From positions 129,148,001 through 129,212,000 of the forward strand of contig CM059431.1 of assembly GCA_030390025.1 (NCBI GenBank): a stretch of 64,000 bases of DNA. Reading direction: 5' to 3'. Below are positions 10,688 through 22,357 of the stretch, piece after piece. The position numbers and the translations under genes are program-made. Positions within the stretch are counted from its first letter, which is position 1, and every line of letters starts with the position of its first letter. Source of the stretch: Squalus acanthias (Eukaryota). The notes under the pieces are model-generated. The model had not been told where the DNA came from, did not search any database, and worked only from the letters and a program-made list of their open reading frames with translations.

Positions 10688-13600
10688 AACCTTGGTTAGA
10701 CCACACTTGGAGTACTGCGTACAATTCTGGTCGCCATATTATAAAAAGAATATAGAAGCACTGGAGAGGGTGCAAAGGATGATACCAGAAATGTGAGGGT
10801 ATGCCTATCAGGAAAGGGTGAACAGGCTGGGTCGCTTTTCTCTTGAAAAGAGAAGGCTGAGGAATGGCCTAATAGAGATCTTTAAAATTATGAAAAGTTT
10901 TGATAGAGTAGATACAGAGAGAGTGTTTCCACTTGAGAGGAAGAGCAAAACTAGACGCCATCAATATAACATAGTCACCAAAAAATCAAATAGGGAATTC
11001 AGAAGGAACTTCTTTACCCAGAGAGTGGTGAGAATGTGGAACTTGCTACCACAGGGAGTGGTTGAAGCAAATAGTATAGATGCATTTAAGGGGAGGCTAG
11101 ATAAGCATATGGGGAAGAAGGGAATAGAGGGTTATGCTGATAGAGTTAGATGAGGAAAGATGGGAGGAGGCTCGAGTGGAGCATAAACACCGGCATGGAC
11201 TGACTGGGCTGAATGGCCTGTTTCCATGCTGTAAATCCTATGTAATCTTATGTAATCATGGCCCACCCACACTTCCCTGCTAGCAAGGAGCTGGAGAGCA
11301 CTTTGCTGCACATCAGTGGGGTAATTAAGGGCCAGCTCTAGGTTTCTATCCATCTTAGATATGGCTGCATTCAGAGTCTGCAAGCTGTTGTTCACAGCAA
11401 GCATGCACTCGTTCGACTGGCGCATTTGCTGTTCCATTCAGGTGGCCATCCTTTCCATGGATGAACACATCATAGCCATGGCCCCAAAATCATGCTGCTC
11501 ATGTTGGAGATGGACTCCTCCATTCTCCCTACAATCGAGCACATCGTGGCTGGAAAAGCTGCCAAAGCCCCCGAGATTCAGCATTTGCATCCAACTGAAC
11601 AGAGCTTGGAGCATCCTGCGACCTCCAATGAGGACTCTCCACTGCTGTCCCTGTCTCCTCCATCTGCTCTTGCTCACATGTGATCTGTGAGACACCAGGT
11701 GACAACACTACTCTCTTCTCTTAATGGACCCACTGACGTGTGTGTATCTGCGCTGGTGCTGGGTGTGCATGGGTCATGTGACGGTGCACCCTCAGAGTCC
11801 CCGACCTCCTCTGAGGAGTCATTTTCCTCCTCTGGCTGGACAGTGGGGGCGGGGGGGGGGGGGGCCGCGGGGGGACCACTTGATGGGCCTGTGGGAGAGT
11901 AAAGACATGAATTAGAACTGTTATAATAAGAATGTTTTAAGTTACCATTATGCACATGATCATATTTCACTGGCCCCTGACATCAAGTCAACATGAATGA
12001 CTGTAGTATGCCATGTGGCTGTATGGTATTTAATTCTGTCACCAGGCTGCTGGGAGGTCCTCCTCTCTCCATCTCTCACCATCAGCAGCTCTGCAACGCG
12101 GCTCAGTTCCAGGGCCTCCTCCCCTGCTGAAGTCAGCGGTGTTGTTACTGGTGGGTCACCACCGGTTCGCTGCCTCTCCCGGGTGTTCTGTGCTCTCTTC
12201 TCCTACAAGGAGGGAAACAAGAGAGCTTTGAGTGAGAGTGATGGAATGAGTGTAAGGGATGGATGGGCAACATCTGTTGAGAGTGACCATGACGGAGAGG
12301 CGTGACATTGCATTAAAGATGAAGGTGAGTGTCAGTGATGGATGGTGAGATGGGGATGTGTGTAAGTGCATAGACAGTGAGAGATGGGTGCACATGCAAG
12401 GTAGGTTGGTGTGAGGAGTGATTTGCAGAAGTAGGCTTGGGAAGGCAGAGTGATGGGGTTGGGGTGACACACACATCAGGTTGTAGGGCAACGTGGCATT
12501 GTACTCACCTTTCCTGACCTCATGAGGTCGTTAAAACGTTTCCTACACTGGATCCATGTCCTTTGAACAGCACTCATGCTGCTCACTCCTTCTGCTCTCC
12601 CCAGCCATGCAGTTGTTGTCAGTGCCACTGGCTTCTTCCTCCCATCAGCAGGGTACAGGATATCCGTGCGGGCCCTCACTCCAAGGAGGCATCACTAAAC
12701 CTGGAGGCTGCTTTCTGCCTTTGACTCTGCATAATTAAGGATTTAGTATTGTCAAAGTGCTATAGCGCAAACAATTCCCCTCTGTCACAATCTGGCTTCC
12801 ACCTCCATCAGCCTTCAAGTGACATCTGTCCATTGCTCCTCTAAATATCTCAGCTGAAGTCGAGTTATATGTGACGTCATTGGAACCGCTCCAGTTAATT
12901 GGTCAGGAAACCCAGACGTCTGATTCAATTGCAGTGCCTTCGTTAAAATGCCACTGCAAAACTCGCCTCTCCAAATTCTGGCTTCCCAATGCGATCCACG
13001 CCCCCCACCCCCGCACCCATCGCGACTCCAAGGTAAAAATTCAGCCCAATGACTCTTCCCAAATTTTCCAAACCTCCCTTCATATCCTCCACTGGCATAC
13101 AGCAATGGAAAATTTCCTCTTAAATGCCCCATTTTCTGCAAATTACTTAAAATGTGCCTTTACTGCATTTCACCATAATGTATGAAGATTTTGTAAATTG
13201 TGTAAGGACATAAGAAAGTCCAGAGCAAGAAAAGCCACTCAACCTATCAAGCCAGCTTCATCAAGAGTTCACATTTCATTACTTTATCACCAACTTCTTC
13301 CTCATAGCCACCATCTGTTGTTTCCCTACTTAAAGGAACACTAAATTCCTTCCACTACCTCTCTTTGAAAATATCATCCCTTATTCCTCCTTCTCAACAG
13401 ATATGAATGTAGTTCCCTTTTATAGGTGTCAGTTGGCCCGGAATCTATTATCTTCCCTGGGAATCTGTTCCGGAGGGTAAATCTTTTGATTGCATGGTCC
13501 CAGCATGGAGCCTCACCCACCAAGAGTGCATATTAGGAAATCATGGATGCACAACCCATGATTTTCCATCCATACATTTAATAGATGGAAAATTGTGGGC

Positions 13601-15070
13601 AGCCCATGCTTAATTTTCAGATATGCACTCCATTCTACGCTACGCTGGAAGTGCGCAATTGGAAAATTTATCCACAAATGTACATGATCCTGTGGCAAAA
13701 AAATACGTTTTTAATATAATTTTTAACTGTACTGGATGCTTGTTAATTTTGTGCTTTGTAAATGAATATTGTTGGACGTTCTTGATGACATTTTTTTTGC
13801 AAATGTTACTTGTTTATAAAAAGAACTGTTTCAAAAAACTGTAAATTAAACAGACGGTAGCTTCTATCTTTGCTCACATTCTATATTCTAATAATTAGCA
13901 TTAATGTAATTTTTACAAATGTCAGAGCACATTTCAAAGGCAAGACCTTTCAGTATTAGTAGGCTTAATGTGGAGTCCTGATCAGTTCCTTCAATAGCCT
14001 ATAAGAAATCATGTCCCTGAGTTTCATGTCATAGTCTTTTTAAACTGGATTGAAGTGTTTAATTTTCTAAAAATGCTGTAAACGGTTTAACCTGCCAATA
14101 AATGCAGAAACCTACAAAGACTCATACCATCCTGTCAAGCAATTGTGGAGATGGTGATAAGTAGCCTATGCCAGTTCACCTCCAGCTTTTTATGAAATGA
14201 TCTCACATGGTGATAAATGTTTTATAGGTGGTTTGGATGCTCTCTTGAGTATGAAGGATATATCAATTGTAGAATAGGGGATATTACAAGTTCTTACTGA
14301 ATCATTTTTCAAAAAAATTCCAGGTCTGTTTAGCAATTGGGATAGGTAAAAGGAATGTGAGGTCTCATTTTCTGTATTGAAGTTAGCAACAGCAATAAAA
14401 AAATGTACTCTGCACAATTTTGGTTGCGAGGATGGCACGATAAGGTAATGGTTTAATTTCATGGAATACTTTTGTGAGGTGTGTTTTGAAAGGAGACTTA
14501 ATGAAAAGGTGGTAGCGGTAGACATTCAACATCATTGCAGCCATTTTATGGGTATAAAACAGGCACATCAATTACATATATAGTAGTGGGAATGGCTGTG
14601 CCTGATTTGCTGTTGTCACAAGTTCCAACTACTTTTTCAGGCTCCAGTGCGGCTCAACCAGCAGTCCCTTTAAGGCTGCAGGTAAGGGAACTTACCTTAA
14701 TGTGGAGACGAGAGGAGCAGGAGTGCTGTTCCTACCACCACATTAAGACTGCGATGGCTGCTGGCACCGTTTGTCCCCTCCTGATCGCCTTCCCCCAGCT
14801 TCCTCGGAGAAACCAGTAGGCTTCAGCCAGATTCCGAGCCAAAGAAATTGGGCAGGCCCCAACTGGCGAACTGTATTGGGGTGCCTGGTTGGTGCCTGCA
14901 GCTTGTCGGAATTACGATGTTGAGGCCCAAGGACCAATTTAGGATGGTTCTTGAGCTTTTCCGTTCTGGCATACCTCTGGTGCATGCTGCATGAATCGTG
15001 CTTGGCATAGGGCGCTAATGAATTTAAGCCCTGACTTGTTTGTGTATGGAATAAAAATAATGCTGACGTT

Positions 15071-15760
15071 GAGCCGGATATTCCGATCCCTGCGGGTGGG
15101 TACGCGCTGTACGCGAAGCGCGTGCGCTGAAAACCGGCATTTCCGATCTGTCAAGAACGCTCTTGACAGATCGGACGCCTGCCCTGGAGAAGGGCCTCTG
15201 TGAGCGGATAGTTCCACTTTCTGGAGAACCTCCGCCCGCAGAAAACCCTTAGAAATCTTACGCCTGGTAAAAGCAGATTTGAAAAAAGTTTAAAAATGTT
15301 TTTTCACTCATTTATCATTTAAAAATACTTTTTAAAAAAAGGTAAGTTTATTTTTAGCCCCATTAAAAACTCAATTATTTTTTTCAAAAAATTAAATTTT
15401 TGTTTAAAATATTTAATTTATTGTAATTTCAACTAATTTTAAAAATGTGATTTAAAAAAAAAATTATTTAATGTTTTACAGTGTTTTTGGGGTGATCTCC
15501 ATTCATATATTTGACAGGTCTATCTGTCAAGTATATGAAGGGAGATTCCCTTCTTTGATTGGCTCTCCATGGCCCACGTGATGCCAGGGACGCTTGCGAA
15601 CCACATGCGCCTCTGGGATACGCGGGCCCTGCGCATTTCGAGTTGGAGAGGCCCAGGAGCAGAAGTGTCCGGACCTCGGGAGCCCTCAGGTAAGTCCGTA
15701 GATTTTTTCCAGATCGGAGGCCTCCGCACGCAGGAAGCCTCCGATCGGAAAATACGGCCC
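15071..15760. mobile_element. Harbinger-type non-autonomous element (MITE) with AT-rich core and internal hairpins
   Basis: Imperfect TIRs gagccggatattccgatc / gatcggaaaatacggccc. Internal sequence is homologous to 38600-39363. Confidence 0.7.
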
Positions 15761-15887
15761 ACTATGTGTTCAAAGATTTAAAGAAATAACTGATAAAGCA
15801 AACTATGTGAAATTTTGTATGAAAGATTTCATGGATTTCAAAGTTTAATAAATGAGATGTTTGGCTTTTTAAAAAAAATCTATTTTT

Positions 15888-16545
15888 AATCATAGAATGG
15901 TTACAGCACAGAAAGGGGGCCATTTGGCCCGATGAGCCCGTGCTGGCTCTCTGCAAGAGCACTTCAGCTAGTCCCAATCCCCCGCCCTTTCCCCATAGCC
16001 CTGAATAACTTGTAGCTGGGAATATTACGTTCCCAATCCTCCCTTTCTTTGAGCCAGGTCTCTGTTATTGCCACTATATCATAGCCCCATGTGGCGACGT
16101 GTGTCTGCAGCTCACCAACCTTATTAACCACTCTACATGGATTTGGGCACAAACCCATCTTAGACTGCATCAAATTTGGCCGCTGTCTGATCCCTCCTAT
16201 TTCTGAACTATTATTTACTCTGGTGCTATTTGTTTCGATCAGTCCTCTATGCACCTTGTTTCTCCTCTCAAATATTTCATCCTGGTGCCCATCCCCCTGC
16301 CAAATTATTTTAAACCCTTCCCAACAGCATAAGTTAACCTCCCTGTGAGGGCATTAGTCCCAGCTCTGTTGAGGTGCAAACCATCCATCTTGAACAAGCC
16401 CCTCCTGCCCCAGAAATGGTCCCATTGCCCCAGGAATCTGAAGCCGTCCCTCCTGCACGATTTCTCCAGCCACGTGTTAACTTGTATTATCCTATTATTC
16501 CTATACTCACTAGCATGTGGCACTGGGAGTAATCCAGAGATTAAG
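15888..16545 (-). mobile_element. Internally deleted CR1 (ORF1 SGNH esterase end plus ORF2 start, fused to the 3'UTR)
   Basis: ORF1 esterase motifs ISGLLPVP...DGLHLN (16305-16545). ORF2 start VNKVGEL...DIVAITETWL (to ~16005), then immediately the CR1 terminal codons and 3'UTR. Confidence 0.8.
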
Positions 16546-16702
16546 GGGACAGTTTTCCCTGGATACATTAGGCGCAAAGGAGCATTCGAGGTGGCCAAGA
16601 TGGAGTCTTAAGCTGCAACATCAATTTAACCTGTGACATCATCTAGGAATGGCCACCCGGAGGATCGTTAAGTGGTTAAATATATACACACAATATACAC
16701 AG

Positions 16703-17150
16703 TGTCCGCTGTGGCTCAGTGGGTAGCACACTCGCCTCTGAGTCAGAAGGTTGTGGGTTCATAGTCCCACTCCAGGGACTTGAGCACATAAATTTAGGCT
16801 GACACTCCAGTGCAGTGCTGAGGGAGTGCTGCACTGTCGGAGGTGCCGTCTTTCGGATGAGATGTTAAACCGAGGCCCTGTCTGCTCTCTCAGGTGGATG
16901 TAAAAGATCCCATAGCACTATTTCGAAGAAGAGCAGTGGAGTTATCCCCGGTGTCCTAGCCAATATTTATCCCTCAATCAGATTATCTGGTCATTATCAC
17001 ATTGCTGTTTGTGGGACCTTGCTGTGCTCAAATTGGCTGCCGCGTTTCCCACATTACAACAGTGACTACACTCCAAAAATACTTCATTGGCTGTAAAGTG
17101 CTTGTGAGACGTCCGGTGGTTGTGAAAGGCTATATAAATTTAAATTTCTT
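16703..17150 (+). mobile_element. tRNA-derived DeuSINE (SacSINE1-like), near full length
   Basis: A box TGGCTCAGTGG and B-box-like GGTTCATAGTCCC. Deu-domain GGAGGTGCCGTCTTTCGGATGAGA...AAAGATCCCAT...CCCCGGTGTCCT. L2-like tail TGTAAAG...GGCTATATAAAT. Confidence 0.85.
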
Positions 17151-18064
17151 TCTATAATATAATGATTTCAAAAACTACAAAGCACTGGATTTGATCGTTC
17201 CTATGCTATATCTTTTTCTTCCTACTTCATGAAAATTTAAACAAGCATTTAAAATAAAGAGCTTTACTGAGTCTCTATTCCTTTTGAATGAGATGTGTGG
17301 GTAAAGTGATGGGGAGAGTCATTGAAAGCATTAAATGGGCCATTTTGGCTCAAAGTAAAAAACAATGAACAGAGTTCCCTTTCAGCTATGGTGTCCGCAG
17401 GGTTCTCTTTAAACAACACTGAATGCTGCATTCCTTCTTCAGCGCAATGAGAGGGACAGACTTCAGTACAAACAAGATCATTAATTTGCCCTGTTTTACA
17501 CCCACACCCTCCCCCCTTCTCCTCCGATCCCATAAAACCCCAAGTACGATCAAACCACAGACTTCCCCGGCGCAGTCGACAGACTCCCCACAAATGCAGA
17601 AACAAGTTGCCGAACTCTTCTTCCATCTGTAGAAATTTTGCGAGCCGGAGCCTGAGCTGATTTAAAAGATGACTTCCATAGACAGGTTCCGGAGCTTTGC
17701 TTGTGTCAATTTGATGCATTTTGAACAAGAGCTTTCTCCACACAGGCTGAATGCAATGCTGTAACATTGATTGTTGAGCGGGTGGCAGGTAAATTGCTGT
17801 AACAAATACGGCAACTGTTCCGTACCTGGGCTACAGGTTGACTCGCTTCTTCCTCGTTCTCCTTAAATGCAAGCGGGACACAGACGTGACCTTCAGCCTC
17901 CTGCTGAGCTTAGCGCCGGAAAGAGCAGGTTACACCACAAATTCTCCGCACCGCTGATGTTAATTAGCAGGCAGCACCAAAATACATGCGCTGTCTCTAT
18001 GGGCAGCCATTAGCCTTGACCAGCGCTGTTACTGGCAGGTTTCCGGCCTACTCAAATTTCTAGG

Positions 18065-18690
18065 CCAATATGTCCTAAAGCACTTCACAGAGGCACAAGG
18101 ATAATTAATGCCAAACAAAAGACGGAGATATTAGGAGGGGTAACTAAAAGTTTGGTCAAAGAGGTGGACTTAATGAGGGTCTTAAAGGAGGAGAGGGAGC
18201 TGGAGAGGCAGAGGAATTTAGGGAGGGCACTACACAGAGTGGTGCCTTGGTGATTTGAGGGGAGGGGGTTGCACAACAGGCCAGAGACAGAGGAACAAAG
18301 ACTATGGTGGGGAGGGTTTAGGACTGGATGAGGTTACAAAGATAGGGAGAAGCAAGGCCATGAAGGTATTGACAATTTTAAATTTGAGGAAGTGGGGTCT
18401 GGAAGCCAATTCAGGTCAGTGAGGATGAATGTGAAGGGCAAGTGTGAATTGGTGCAGAATAGGATACAGGCAGCAGAGTTTTGGATAAGCTGAAGTTTAT
18501 GAAGGGTGGAGGATGGGAGGCCAGCCAGGAGAGCAGAGGAGTGATCAAATTTGGAGGTGACAAATGTTTGGATGAGATTTCCAATGGCAGATGGAGTGAG
18601 GTAGAGATGGAGATGAACAATGTTACAGAGGTGGTAGTAGGTGGTCTTTGAAAAGACTTTGCAGGAGGATCGTGTGATCAAATGAGTTGA
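18065..18690 (-). mobile_element. L2 LINE 3' fragment
   Basis: Minus-strand translation FVTSKFDHSSALLAGLPSSTLHKLQLIQNSAA...LNWLP and SSFKTLIK, typical of the L2 ORF2 C-terminus. Confidence 0.8.
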
Positions 18691-18809
18691 AAATTGTAAA
18701 GAGTTTTCATGTTCGAGGGAGTAGAGGAATGATCTCATGGAAGAGATGAGCTTAGAGAGGGCAGCAGGGTAGATGTGGGTTTACTCTGCCTCCCCAGTTG
18801 ATTCTAGAG

Positions 18810-20558
18810 CAGAAGTTCCCAAACTTCTGTGGGGTGCATGCCCCTGGGGGCACGCCTAGGTTTGAAGGGATAATTACTAGTCCTAGCCCGTTTAGGGCTA
18901 CCCCGGATCAGGCGTATTCCTCAGACGTTCACTTTCAACTAAAGTTTGAGGTAGCCGAATCCTAATGACGCTTAATTGGGTCTAAAGGTCTGGACCATCT
19001 CTCCCTAAAGGAAAGGAACAACCTGAAAATGTTACCGTCCTCCAGATAGCACTTTTAATAAGTTTAGCTAGACTGTAACGTTCCGGATATTATGAGGGTC
19101 CGGAAAACTCCCCCAGAATTCTGCAACTCCTCACCAAAGAGTGTACAGAAATTGAGTTTGCGTGTTTGATACAGAAGTCTTATGTGAGACAATTCTAAAA
19201 ATATACTGATTTATTAAAGAACCGACATGTAATTTACAGTTGGTGAGTCAATCGCAACATTAACAGTTCCAAAAAGAGAAAGCTTACAATTCTATTATCA
19301 GAGAACCTTACTCTCAAATCTTAACTTCGCTACAGTTTTACAGTTCTTAGTTTTCTACAGGATATCCACCAAAATCAAATACCTTTGATCCCCGAGGTAC
19401 AAAGAGTTGGAGACTTACAGAGCCGCCTCTGAAGCCGAGAATCGCTTTGCCCCTTTAAAGCGAGTCTACTATCCCATTTGAGAGTTCAATATTTATACCC
19501 TTTTCCAGTGGTATTTCCTTTAAGGTTTTCTGCTGATGTAAGCTAATTATCTCAAGTCATTTTTCTGCTGACCCCTGCAGTTCTTACTGCCAGATCAGCT
19601 GGTAGCATTACAGAATCATGTCTCCTCTCTAGGTGTTCTAAGTTTACCATAAAAAACGGTGTAACGGCAGGTGTGTTTTACTTGACGTCATTTTTTACGA
19701 AGGCAGATGTTTCTTACTTTTATGTGCTTCTTTACGAAGTGTAAATTAGAACACCTTGTCCAGGGTGAACCATTGTCTTGTTCCCAAAGGTCAGCCTGTC
19801 GGGAGCCTTTAACCTTCTGTTTCAATAAGGTTATTGATTCAGTGTCAACAACTATCTTATCTCTATAGCCAGAATGCTTTCACAGCTTTTTCATAGTTAG
19901 GTTTCTAGATTTCCAAACCCAGTTTGTCATGTTTTAATAAGGCCCGAATTCTTTCATGGAATGGTATATTTTTCTGAATAGGTTATATGGCTTATTCCTT
20001 CACAGGTTATCAGGGGGTGCAGCTTTGTATAGCCAGAGGAGATAAATTATGGGATGATCAGGGCACAGTGCAGCATGTTTTCATCTCTGCCAATTTCTAA
20101 AAGTGTTCATTGGACGTATCATCTGATGCAACAGTAATCAGCTAATATGCACCAGAGGCAGCTCTGATAGTTCCAATGTCCACTTCTAGGAATCGGCAGG
20201 AATTCAAACATCCCACACTATACTGAGATTGCCGCATAGTGCATCTCCTCTGGCTATGCAAGGCTGCATCAGTTAAAGTGAAAGACATTCTGTGGCATCA
20301 CCTGATTGGCGCACGATCTTTGCAGTAGTTGGCTTTTTGAGGCACACAATCGCTACATGACTGAAGGCAGGGTGAGCGTTTTGAACTTCTCTCAATTTTT
20401 TATCAATTTTTGAAAGCCTTTGGATTGAACTCTGACATCTTCTTGGGGACAACAAAATACTGTTTCTTAGAAACGGTGGGGGGGGTGGCGGGGTGGTGGT
20501 ATGAGTGGGACATGATTCTCTGAAGGAGGCTCAGCAAAAAAAGTTTGTGAACTATACG
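18810..20558. mobile_element. Old hAT (Charlie-like) non-autonomous element hosting solo LTR A2
   Basis: Termini CAGAAGTTCCCAAACTT ... AAGTTTGTGAACT. Flanking 8-mers TTCTAGAG (18802-18809) and ACCTAGAG (20559-20566) match the NTCTAGAN target type. Confidence 0.6.
18863..20004 (-). mobile_element. Solo LTR, family A copy 2 (1142 bp)
   Basis: TG...CA with 4-bp TSD GGTT (18859-18862, 20005-20008). Colinear homology to 2386-3874, including TATA (19497-19492), GTAAGT (19418-19413) and AATAAA (19215-19210) on the minus strand. Confidence 0.9.
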
Positions 20559-21019
20559 ACCTAGAGTATAGAATCATTTTGGCAGAGGCGACTCAGGTGA
20601 AGGATGGCTGTTCTAGTTACATGCAGGTATACTCAAGTTTGTACCCCTTGGACTTGAAAGAAACAAAATGGGGGTTTTACTCAGGGAATGACTGGGACAG
20701 GAGATGGTGTAGGTTTTTCTGGCGACAAGTGCATTGAAAGTGGAGAGGACAAAGTTTTCAGCAAATCAATAACTGCAGAGGTATCAGGGCAAATGCAGGG
20801 CCAAAAGCTAGGCAATATAGAGCCTGAGAGTGCAGTTGTAAGCAACTTGAGGAAGAGATTTTTCCCTGGGGCAGATGCTAAAGAAAGTCAGGTTGAAGGA
20901 GGGTAACGGAGTGTGGGTGTGTCAGACATGAAGAAGCAGACGAGGAAGAATATCTATCATGTTTCTCTGCCTCTGGACCTACCAGAAATCCATTACACAA
21001 GCCATTAATTACCTGGCCA

Positions 21020-21220
21020 ACAGTTATCCCTCAACCAACACCTTAAAACAGATTATCTGGTCATTATTTCATTGCTGTTTGGGGATCTTGCTGTGCGCAA
21101 ATTGGCTGCCATTTTTCTTACATTACAACAATGACTACACTTCAAAAGTACTTCATTAGTTGTAAAGCACTTTGAGACATTCCAAGATTGTGAAAGGTGC
21201 TGTGTAAATGCAAGCCTTTC
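21020..21220 (+). mobile_element. DeuSINE (SacSINE1-like) 3' fragment
   Basis: Homologous to 16965-17150 (cagattatctggtcatt...aaattggctgcc...tgtaaagcactttgagac). Confidence 0.75.
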
Positions 21221-21439
21221 TTCCTTTTTACTCATTCCCATCCAAGCCTAGCGACAGCTACCTGAAATATTAGCCACCAGCAACCATTGAAGGGCTCATT
21301 GAAGAATTGACCTTTGGCGATCTCCTCAGAGGTACACAGCAAAGTAAGGGTGGCCTTAAAAGGAGAGGATCAACCCAGGCTGTCATTTGAAATTTTTGAA
21401 GTCAAACCTCTCCTGAATTGAATACAATAAAAATGGTAA

Positions 21440-21680
21440 TTTGCGGCTTGGCACCAGCAAAAATGCTGGTTTGTCATAAAAAAAACCCCAACTGGTTCAC
21501 TAATGGCCTTCAGGGGAAGGCACCTGCCACTTCTACTCAGTCTGACCTATATGTGATGTATGACTCCAGTCTCACATGACATGGTTGACTCTTAATGCCC
21601 TCAGTTGTCAGAGCAACTAGGATTGGGCAATAATTGTGGCCTTGTCAATGTCATCCGCATTCCAAGAATAAATAAATAAA
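21440..21680 (+). mobile_element. Degraded SINE 3' part (common elasmobranch repeat)
   Basis: ctggttcactaatg-ccttcagggaagg...ggttgactcttaa...gggcaataa, ending in an (AATA)n tail. Family assignment from recall. Confidence 0.55.
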
Positions 21681-21929
21681 CAAGCCTTACTTCTACTGAT
21701 GCTCATTTAGTCCCTTCTGTCTTGATCTTCAAAAGTGTTTTTTGATAAGTAACGATAGATTCTAACCTTTACTGACCTCAAATAATCAAAATTGAAGGAA
21801 TCAAGCTGACCTTTTTGTGTAATGGTTACAGTAGCTACACTTTGATGCTAAAAGCATTGCATGGAATCAGAGAGAGAAAAACAAAATCAGCGTCAGGGAA
21901 CCAGCAATACATCACAACAACTCTTGGTC

Positions 21930-22095
21930 AGCGCCCAGTGGCTCAGTGAGTTTATCGAGTGAGTAGCTGATCCATACAGACCATGAGGTCCCATGTTTCA
22001 TAGCTGCTTTTTGCTGAGATTGTTGTTATGAGATGGGAAAGCTGCAGGGTGCTATAATTGGCCTCAGCATTCCTTGGTTCGGGAGGGGAAAATTG
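21930..22095 (+). mobile_element. Old tRNA-derived SINE, 5' part
   Basis: A box GTGGCTCAGTG and degenerate B box, then gctataattggcctcagc, shared with 39450-39730. Confidence 0.5.
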
Positions 22096-22357
22096 GTTCA
22101 GCTGCCTCTGCCGCTTCTCTCCCTTCCCCTAGCCCAATGGGACAAACTACCCCAAATATTCCCCGCTACCCTAGCCCTGAACTCACGTCTTTCTTCAGAT
22201 TCTATCCCATCTCCGACCTCATCTTGTCCATGAAACCCACCTCTGCCATCCAGTTCTTAAAGGGGGGGGGGTCCATCTTGCTGCACAGCCACACCCCGCT
22301 CATTGCAGCGTTTGGCCTCGGCTGCAAACACTGACAAATATTCCTCAAACATTTGTG

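Larger units (their letters stand above)
8010..11256 (+). mobile_element. Degraded CR1 LINE (endonuclease, RT and 3' end) hosting two further CR1 insertions
   Basis: [34 protein letters not shown] and FFTQRVVRMWN motifs. Coding continuity across the 9475-10687 insert (MLNL...TLVRPHLEY). Microsatellite-like tail ~11235-11256. Confidence 0.85.
7688..12732 (-). pseudogene. Harbinger Myb/SANT-like (trihelix) DNA-binding partner gene, 3 exons, exon 3 split by a CR1 insertion
   Basis: Exon 1 12732-12509 (RFSDASLE...RTWIQCRKRFNDLMRSGK, then GTGAGT donor). Exon 2 ~12202-12043. Exon 3 ~11888-11257, continuing ~8005-7688. Same architecture as 22358-24235 and 46660-48525. Confidence 0.8.
5633..13047. 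mobile_element. PIF/Harbinger DNA transposon H1, full extent, with nested CR1 insertions
   Basis: Perfect 15-bp TIRs GGGCTGAATTTTTAC (5633-5647 / 13033-13047). 3-bp TSD AAT (5630-5632, 13048-13050). Contains a transposase pseudogene (+) and a convergent Myb-like pseudogene (-). Confidence 0.93.

Noticed and set aside
16541..16680. TTAA-bounded segment resembling a piggyBac/Kolobok MITE
   Set aside because: The two ends are not inverted repeats of each other.
16703..16780. Possible tRNA gene (also 31132-31205 and 21930-22000)
   Set aside because: These are tRNA-derived SINE heads continuing into SINE bodies, with no complete cloverleaf or T-run terminator.
22085..22098. GGGGAAAATTGG as the left TIR of Harbinger H2
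   Set aside because: It lies at the junction of a SINE fragment and an L2-like fragment, has no matching TSD, and lacks the expected subterminal region.
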